From NCBI GenBank assembly GCA_002633005.1, contig NMRA01000047.1:250913-314912 (forward strand): DNA of 64,000 bases, given 5' to 3'. The first letter of the stretch is position 1. Every line of letters begins with the position of its first letter. The notes below the pieces were generated by a model. The model did no database searches and was not told the origin of the DNA. It worked only from the letters and a program-made list of their open reading frames with translations. The position numbers were made by a program, and so were the translations under genes. Positions 53,201 through 62,200 of the stretch are shown one piece after another. The DNA comes from Phoronis australis. Taxonomy: Eukaryota > Animalia > Phoronida.

Positions 53201-56200
53201 GGACCACTGCTATTTTCACCGCTCAGATTATCAACATCCTCATAGAGGCTTCCACCAACAGCATTAGCTGTAGCATCACTGCCAGCCTCATCTTGATGAA
53301 GTCGGTAGTTGGGATTGGAGAAGCTAGTGAATTGCGGGTCAGCCTCTGAAAAAGCAAGACAGAAGTCAGAGGTCAGGAACATTTGGAACAAAAATTTACC
53401 CTCTTAGCTCTACCAAATAGTTAGGAATAAATTCTAGTACAAGTCAAAAGTAAGTAGACAATATGACCCCAAATTCCCTGTCGTGGCGGGTTAGGTGGAA
53501 ACAACCGAGAATGAAGGGAAATTAATAGCAAATTTAGTTACATGACTAAGCCATTTGTAATTACAATTCTACCGCCATAACAGTCATTTTCATCCAACTC
53601 TGTTGTTAGAAACTTAGCTGTAATGACAGGGACATGGTCTTTTGTATGATCGCATTTGTCATATATAGTATAATCAAATGAATAAATACCTTGACTGATC
53701 CAAACGACAGAAAATAAAACATAACAAATGCTACTGCAAGTGGTATCACATAGCTTCAAATTGTATCACGTATTAGGAAGTAAATAACTTAAAATAGAAC
53801 TGAAGGTAAACACTGCTGTCAAGATCCAACATCTGTGTACATAAAATCTCTTTAAATCATAGGCTTGGCATGCAACCAAAAACCTTATTCCTTCGAATCA
53901 ACACAGGAAAACGCACATTGCAGACAATCTAACATTATTTTCCAATCTGTGCCATTCGCCTTATCATCCAGCGTAAAACTGTCTAGAACACTGCAAGAAT
54001 AGACTAGAACACTGCAAGAATAGACTATAACACTGCAAGAATAGACAAAACATTAAAAGATGTATGACATCATTCATACGTCAGTAACGGATATTAGGAA
54101 ATTAGTTGAAAATCTGAATCATCCTTTTTCGAGTACATCTATTCTAAAGATTTGATAAAATTTACAAAATTTACAAGTGGTGATGAAAGAGACATTGGAC
54201 TGGAAAAAGAGAGATGGATTTTATTAGGATTCGGATATGCACAAATAGTGATTTTAAGATGTAAAAACAACAAACATAAATTGTACAGAAATTCTTAAGG
54301 AATTACTTAACAAATCGTAACCTAAATAATTCCCCTGTGGGCTTCCTTTCCAAGTAGGATTTCCAAATATGTCCTCAGCTTTGCAGGAATGTTTCTAAAA
54401 TGATGCTCCTTTCCTTCAGTATTCTGAATGGGAAATTAAATCTAAAGTACAAACACTCACTCAACTCAGAACCAGATCAAACACAACATGGCTCTCTGTA
54501 GTTCACCAGTTCTCAGACCAGGCTTTATCAATCCATAGACAGCAACTTCTGAAGACTGTTCCAAAACCCTTATCCATAAAAAAAATACATAGCCGGAAAT
54601 TCCTCTAGTCAAGTGGTCTATGAAACACTGCCTTCTGATTTGCTTCTAATTACTCAGTTTGATAAAAACTACTTGGAAACGGCAACTACTTGATTGAGCC
54701 CACAGCCTAAAAAACAATCATTCTTTCAGTCAGCCATTAGTCAGTCCTAAAGTATGTGTGGGTCAGTTAACAAAGCTATTGCTTAGAATGCAGGGTATCC
54801 AAGATTTGACTCCCTCAGGATTGCTACAACTTTTCAACATCAACAGGGGATTTCATCGAATTCAAAATATTCATCGTATTTCTTCATTACTGGACACAGC
54901 TTGAACTGAAGCACTCTCCGCGTGGAGCAACAATTTTCATCGCTATTTCTTCACCCAATAACTTATCAGGTAAAGGCAATATTTAAGCTTCTGTGTTTAA
55001 CTGAATTTTGAAAAAAAAGTGCAAAGAACACTTTACCCGCACCCGTAGTAGGTTCCCCGTCACTGTCCATTGGTAATGGATTATTGAATAATTCCCAGTG
55101 CTGTTTCATCATATACTGCCTAACTCGTTTGCGCCGCCAAAGCATCTTAATAGCCAAACGATGCTGATGAGTTACTGTATTATCTAATACCCTGACGAGG
55201 ACCGCGTATTCCTATCTATGATACCCGTCTGACATTTTGCACTGCTTCGAAAACATGCCACACGCAATTTGCGCAAAAATTGGACCACGTGTCAACCGTG
55301 TAAAACACGGCATAATCTTTGAACCTGGTGTCTAGAGATACAATTAGCAAGAAATAAGTACTTTATTGATAATGTTTCACGTTTATCGATGAGCCTGCTG
55401 TGATTTGATGGCAGGCAGTGAATCATCAAAAATACCCCGTCAACTCCATTATCAAATGAAGATGAGATGCGATAATTTGCTTCGCCGATCGTGAACAGTC
55501 ACGCAATAGATCAAATAAGTTTTTTACCAAGAAAATCAGTGGTGGAAATAAGAAAAAAATTCAAAGACCAGAAAAACATGTTTTGTAATTGTCAGGCAAG
55601 GTTTCTAGTTAGATTACTGCTTAACACAGCTTTGATTTTTTTCTCGTGCATGACTCCAACAAAGGCAAATATTACATAAACTTGCTGAAAGATAAGCACT
55701 TATACCTTGAAGACGTATCATATCCGCAGTGGCATAGCCCCATGGGCTGAAATTGGCAAGCTCCAAACCCCAGGGATAAGCTAAAAACCCACGTGGGCCT
55801 ACATGGGATATTTTTGAAAAAGCACAAGGGAAGTTATAGCACATACATTAGCCTCACAATACACACTGAATGTGCCTACCCTATTGTTATGAGTTCCAGG
55901 GGCGTCCCTGAATAGCCAAAGGTCACGAGAGTGACAAAGAGATTGATTTTGATGTTTAGTGGAGTCAGGGAGACTGAGCTTATACTTGAACAGGTGGGCT
56001 ATCAGGGGTCAATGTTACAAGCTGCAGGTCGCATTTGCAAACCTAAAATTCCAAAATGAGAACTCAGATTTTGGCCAACAGAGAGATCAGTCGCACTTGG
56101 GAATTCTCACTCAGGCGAACCCAGTTTTTTACTCTTCTGTCCATAGCTGTTAAAAAAGAGGCAACTTGAGTGAATCTTATAGTTTAAAAACACCATGACA

Positions 56201-59200
56201 ACGAGTTAACAACCTGGAATGGGTTGCATATAACTTCAAAATTATCCGCTGGATAAGTTTGACTGCTGCATGACGCCATGTGCATTGTTCAACAATAACA
56301 ACATGACGGGTGATAATGCGACGTCATTGTTGCTATATGGCGTATAACTTTTATACAACTGGGCCCTGGGCTCTATTCACTAATATGATTTATGGGTAAA
56401 TAAATGCATTAAATACAACTTACAAATGAACAAGTACAAGTAAAAGCAAAAGTAATAGCGCTTGATCAAACGTGTGCTAGATTTTTACACTGGGAATGCT
56501 TTTACTTTTACTTTCGAACAACAAGAAAAAGTAAATTTAAAGTAAATGCAAATCATTTTAAATTTTCTACAGGTAAAACACTTGATTTAAATGTTCTAGA
56601 CAGGTACTTGAGCAAGAAAAATAAAATTGCATGATAACAGCAAAGTCATGTTGTAAAGTGCTTGGAAAAGGACAGTTAAAAAAAATCCTGGCAGCGTTTT
56701 GGAGAGCAGTGCATACTGAAAGTTAATTTACTCCAATCCAGTCGAGCACTTCTGAAATACGATGTACGTAAGTTTGCCAAATTTCAACAATCTTCTGAGC
56801 TACACATAACGTTAAAACACTAGAGGTCTCTCTAATAAAAGCAACTTGTATTTAAACAAAGGCAAATGACAGCACTGATATGCGCTGTTTCAAACATTTC
56901 CCAGAAAATTGAGGCTACAGCGTGCAGTGCTACTCAATTGAAAATTAGGAAATGCCATTATCGTAGATATTGATATTGCTGCGAAGAAAACTTGAACATG
57001 GAAAACCATGAACTTGGGGCTAAATAACTTTCTTGGAAAAAACGAGAAAGTAAAATTTCACTTGTCAGATATATTATGTGAGATTTCACCTCACATCAAA
57101 TTTCATGCGGTTCCACCAAAAATCAATGTAACCCTTACAAAATGTGTTGCCATCCCCAATTGCCATCTGTCACTCAAATAAAATCTTGGACTTTTCAGCA
57201 CATTAGACTGTAACTATTGACACAAGCAGGATTTTGGTATTCAAGGAACAACAGACTTCCTTATGCCTATGTACTGTGAAATTCCTACAGACCCTGGAGT
57301 GAGACTTCTGTGCCTAGCAATTCGACCTAGGCTTTAAATGGCCTGAGACCCTGCTATATAAAGTACCGTAAATACATATACTTGAAAGTTACACAGTGTT
57401 CACTTGCTCTCTCATCACTAGTCGTTTACACAAGCGAGAACTTCAAAGCTTTTAGATCTTTTCTTCTAAGCAATGAAAATCATTATACCCCCCCTCCGGT
57501 TCATAAACTGGTTAAAATGCTAGCATTTTCATTACCACTTTCGCTAGCAGCAAAAATACCAGAAGTATGGATGGTTTAATTAAGTTACAGTGTCACATTT
57601 ACTTTGCTGATGCTTTGCTGGCACATTGCATTAGCCCAAAACTGCTGTAACATTTTCACTAGCAACTAAGTAAAGTAATTTTTCATTATAGTGACATGTG
57701 TTTGTACAGATGGAATAAAGCAACAAATAAGGAACAGGAGCACCCAGCCAACCTGGGGCTTATACATCACTTTGGATACAAGAAAAAAAAACAAATACAC
57801 ATGCATTGTATAACCGGCAAGAGGATTAAAAAGAAAACAGTGATAGAGTGATCATGTATAAATAATTTTTTACCGTACCTCAAAAATATTTTTGATGAAG
57901 AATGCAGTTTTCTTAATCATATCTTTTTGCATAATGGTAAGTAATTTACTTTCACAGCTTTCTGTTACAGGTTTTCCCGCATTTAAGAAAAACGGATTCT
58001 CAAACAGAAAACATACTTTGGTTTCAACCTGACCAGTGTGACAAAGACAGCAAATTCTATCACGAAATTCCAGAGAAAGAAAACACCCAACCTCAACCAT
58101 AACTATAGAGTTCAGTTTTTATTTGAGGAAGAACTGAGGTAAGTCTAACTACACAGGTCTAAGGATTTTACTATTCTGTCCAATCCACTATTTCACTTAT
58201 TGTTGGTAAGCATGGCCAATGACATCAATTCTAGCTTTGAAGGACCCTGAGGAAGGAGTGTGGCCTAGCGGGATAGGTGCCTACTTTTGTTACTGGAGGT
58301 GTGGGTTCAAATCCCACTGGGACACACTGGTAGACCCCTGAGTCAGGTTACTATCTCCTCAGCTCAGTTTTAACTATAGATCAATAAAGCATAAAAATGG
58401 TTCCAGGTGATCAATGCAATAGATCTGCATGCTCGGCCTGTGCACGTCTGGTACAACGTGTATCAGAATGCCTGCAATTATTTTTTAATATAAAGGACCC
58501 TGGAAAAATGTCCAAATTTGGCAAACTTTGCAACATCATATCTCAGAAATGGTTTATCACAAAACTTTCTGTTACTGTGCTATTTACAATGCTAAATGAA
58601 ACACTGTTATCATGAATTGTTTTGCATGATGGAGTGTTAAAAATATGATCTTTGTGATTTTCATGAAAAAAATAAAAAGTTGCATAAATGAAAATGAAAT
58701 GATTGTTTAAAAGCCCATTTAACGGCATTTTTGATATTTCACCTTGGATATTTGCGTCAAACAAAATTTCATCATTTAATGGTATGGTTGTTTTGCTATG
58801 AACATGCAGTTTACTTAATTCACTAAAAGACCTCATGTGGTACAATGAATGGAAAATTAGTAAAAAGTTACAAATCAGTCATACGCTCTTCTTTCAGAAA
58901 CTATGTACATGTATTTTTACTGAATTAAGGTTCCGTAGTTCATCAAAAAGTTTCTATTTAGCCATATATATACAAAACTATAAAAATTTCATGATGTAAA
59001 CATGCTCTTTAAAGGAGATAAAGAGTCATTTAGATAAATCTTTTGCATTTCTCCAATGCCAAGAGGTTCTATTCACATTCCAGTCTTACTAGGAGGCTAG
59101 TCAACAATGGAGTGCGACTCTATTAATTAACCAGGTCACATCAAAAGTCGCTATTCCATCAGAGAGGAAACTTCGCTTTTAACGCAGTTTTGGTAAATGG

Positions 59201-62200
59201 GGAAGGTTAACTCTAGTAGTTAATCTGCAAGCAAAACTTCACTTAAAATAGTACGCTTTAAAAGCGAAGCTTCGGTACTCAACGAAACTTTGGAGTAGTG
59301 GGAATAGTCAAGGCAAAACTTCGTCGAAGTTATTCGGTAGAGGTCGAGACAGCGAGATACGGTCATGAAAGACTTGCAAAATGTGTTAATCTTTTTTGTT
59401 ATTGCAGCATAGCAGATATAAATAAATAAATAAAAGAAAGCATATATGATAAAGAATGAAATGGATTATTTTCATAACTAATTGTAAAAGGCGGAAGAAC
59501 AATTTTCAGCCTCGAATCCACTACTTAATATTCGTCTAAGAGTACGAATAAACTGCGTTGTCTGTTGTCAAAGCGATAACATTGTTGCTGGACTAAGTTT
59601 CAGCAAAGCCTCAGTAAACTGAAGTTTCCCTAATGGGAAAGCTGACAAAATTCAAGCTAATTACTGTTTCTTATCAGATAATTTCTAAATAGAAGGCTTG
59701 AAAGCATTCAGGCTTTGCTTTTCTATTTTCTTTTTGGACAATGAATACTGATGGAAACCATAAGATCTGAATACAAGAGTTAAAATTAAACTTTCTTGGT
59801 TCTTGAATTTTTAAAATTGATCAAGTAATAGCGATTTTATCAGCAAAAACTCAAGCCTCGAGATATTCATGAGAGAGTAGTCTCTAGCATAGCATATCAA
59901 CTAATTAAACGCATCACTGACTCAAAATAGGAGCTGTGCCTGAACGAATATGGATAAACTCTGTTGTGCTGAAGGTTCAACACATGCTAAAACAGAAGTA
60001 AATATTTCTGACAGTAGAAAGCCTGTTGAATTGAAATTCGTTTTGACTATGCAAATCTGTCATTAATTGGGTCTCCTGACCATGTTTTTATTACAATATA
60101 ACAAAAAAGTACATTCATAGCAAAACAACGGTATCGGCAACATGGCAAATCTCATTCAGGATTTAAAGTGAAGTTCAAGATGAAATCCCAAAACGCTAAA
60201 CCGTAATTACACTTTTTTAAAATATCATTTCACTGCTTTTCTTTTTACTAAAAATCTTAAAAATCCTACTTTTGATATGCCTTCATGCAAACGTGTAATT
60301 TTTCAAAACAATTCCTGACAGAATTGTGGAAAAGAGTGCATAAAACAATATATGTGAACGTTTCATGCAAATCCAATCAGGCCTTCATCCAGGATTTCGA
60401 AAATAGGGTGTCCAAAATGAGGTTCCCAATATTCCAGGGCGTCCATAATTCCGACGCGTAACCCCCCATCCCCAGCAATCCCCCCAAACACACAAATTTT
60501 TTCACAAAAATGCATAGACTAAGAATTCTACATCTAAGTTTAAAAAACAGTCTTCTGTAGTGAGTATTTTTAATAAAAAATTGGTGTAGACCAAGACTTT
60601 TACAATGCTATCAGCCAAGTGTGAGCATAGCAACATTGTATATACTTTGTATATACATTGTATATTTCTTCCTGCTTTGAAAAGAGCCCCCACTGTGAGC
60701 CTTCAGAGGCTTCCTAGTAATCATTACAATGTGTGAGTCCAAACTTGAAAGGTTCCTATTGACAGTGGGCGTCCAAATGATACATTGGGCGTCCTTGCCA
60801 GGGCGTCCATATTAGTGCTGGGGCGTCCATTTGGACGCCCAGGACGTACGCTGCATGAAGGCCTGAATCCAATTAGCCATTTTTGAGACGTCCTTCAGAA
60901 CCCATTCAGAAAGTTAAGAAATAAACTGCTGGTAAACGTTACCCCACCATAAACATCATGCCTGGATGGCCAAAACACTATCATTTTTGCCCCTGAAAAA
61001 CTGCTCACATTTTCGCTACACATTGAACCCTGGTTTAGCCAAAATTCCAGCGACTTGTGATAATGCTCTGTCCACAAATGGTGGTCACATAATAGAATGC
61101 CACCCTTCTACACATGAAAGATCTATGCTAATTACTGGTAAGAGAGCAGACAACAAATCTTTTAAATGCGCGATCAAACATGATATCTGCGTTCTAACAA
61201 AAATTCCATAGTTGAACATGGTAAATTAATCCCACATTTTTCCAGACAGTACACAGTAAATTGTAAAATCTTGTTAGACACTCTACACTCAGCTTAAATT
61301 TAAGTGAAACTTCCCAGAATTTATACTGTAGGCATTTACTATAATATATGATGCTGTGTCTAACAATTACTGTTAACTGGGCAGCTGATGAGGCCCCCAA
61401 ACAAAACAACAAACAGTAATTGAGCAAAGGCAAGGTCACACAGTTGTGACATGTTGAATGGTGCTTTCAACTTAATAGCTATTAAGTAATTTGGAAGTAA
61501 ACTTATGACCTACAGGTAAGTAGATTTGCACCAAGAATGACCAATACAATACAACAAGATAACTCCAGAAGGGTCTATAAATTCTTTCCCTTGGGTATTT
61601 CAAAAATAATCTGGAGTTCCATTTAAAGTGACTATTCAATTGGCCCAATAACCTTCTCATAACAACCACTGTATGCAATGACAACCACCACTGAATCCCA
61701 TAGACAAGACATGTTGCTGCAGGAAAACATGTGGGATATACCTACCAGTAATTCACTGAGGACAGCAAGACAGATGAGTCTAGACAATGTTCAAGCATGC
61801 TTCAACCAACATCTGACTAATCACTCTCTGTGGCCTTAGGTGGTGGGTTATGGAATAAATTCATATCAGTATTGTAGGAAGGAAGCATGGGAACTTTAGT
61901 AGAATCCAAAGTCTTTAAATTGTCTAAAGGATTTATAGCTTGCCTAATGTTAACCAAATAATAGGCTGCACATCCCAGATAGATCTCTGACCTTTCAAAC
62001 ATTCTTGAGAAGAATACTAAAGAAAAGAACATTACTGGTGGGATACTCTGAATATTTCCAGCCACTAACAGAAGTCTTGTTTACCAATTTCTTGGCGTTG
62101 ATAGTACAACTCAAAATGTAATAATACAAGTTTGACAGCATTACAATGATGAACAACACAGCAATTGGGATATGCCAGGATAATAGGAAATTCACATGAA

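Noticed and set aside
52925-53349. Plus-strand ORFs opposite Fe65 exons (also 37802-38095, 26984-27193, 24144-24587)
   Set aside because: They are antisense shadows of real minus-strand exons.
60895-62195. Cluster of short hydrophobic minus-strand ORFs suggesting a decayed nested gene
   Set aside because: Many stops in all frames and no family motif I could recognise; a BLASTX hit would be needed.
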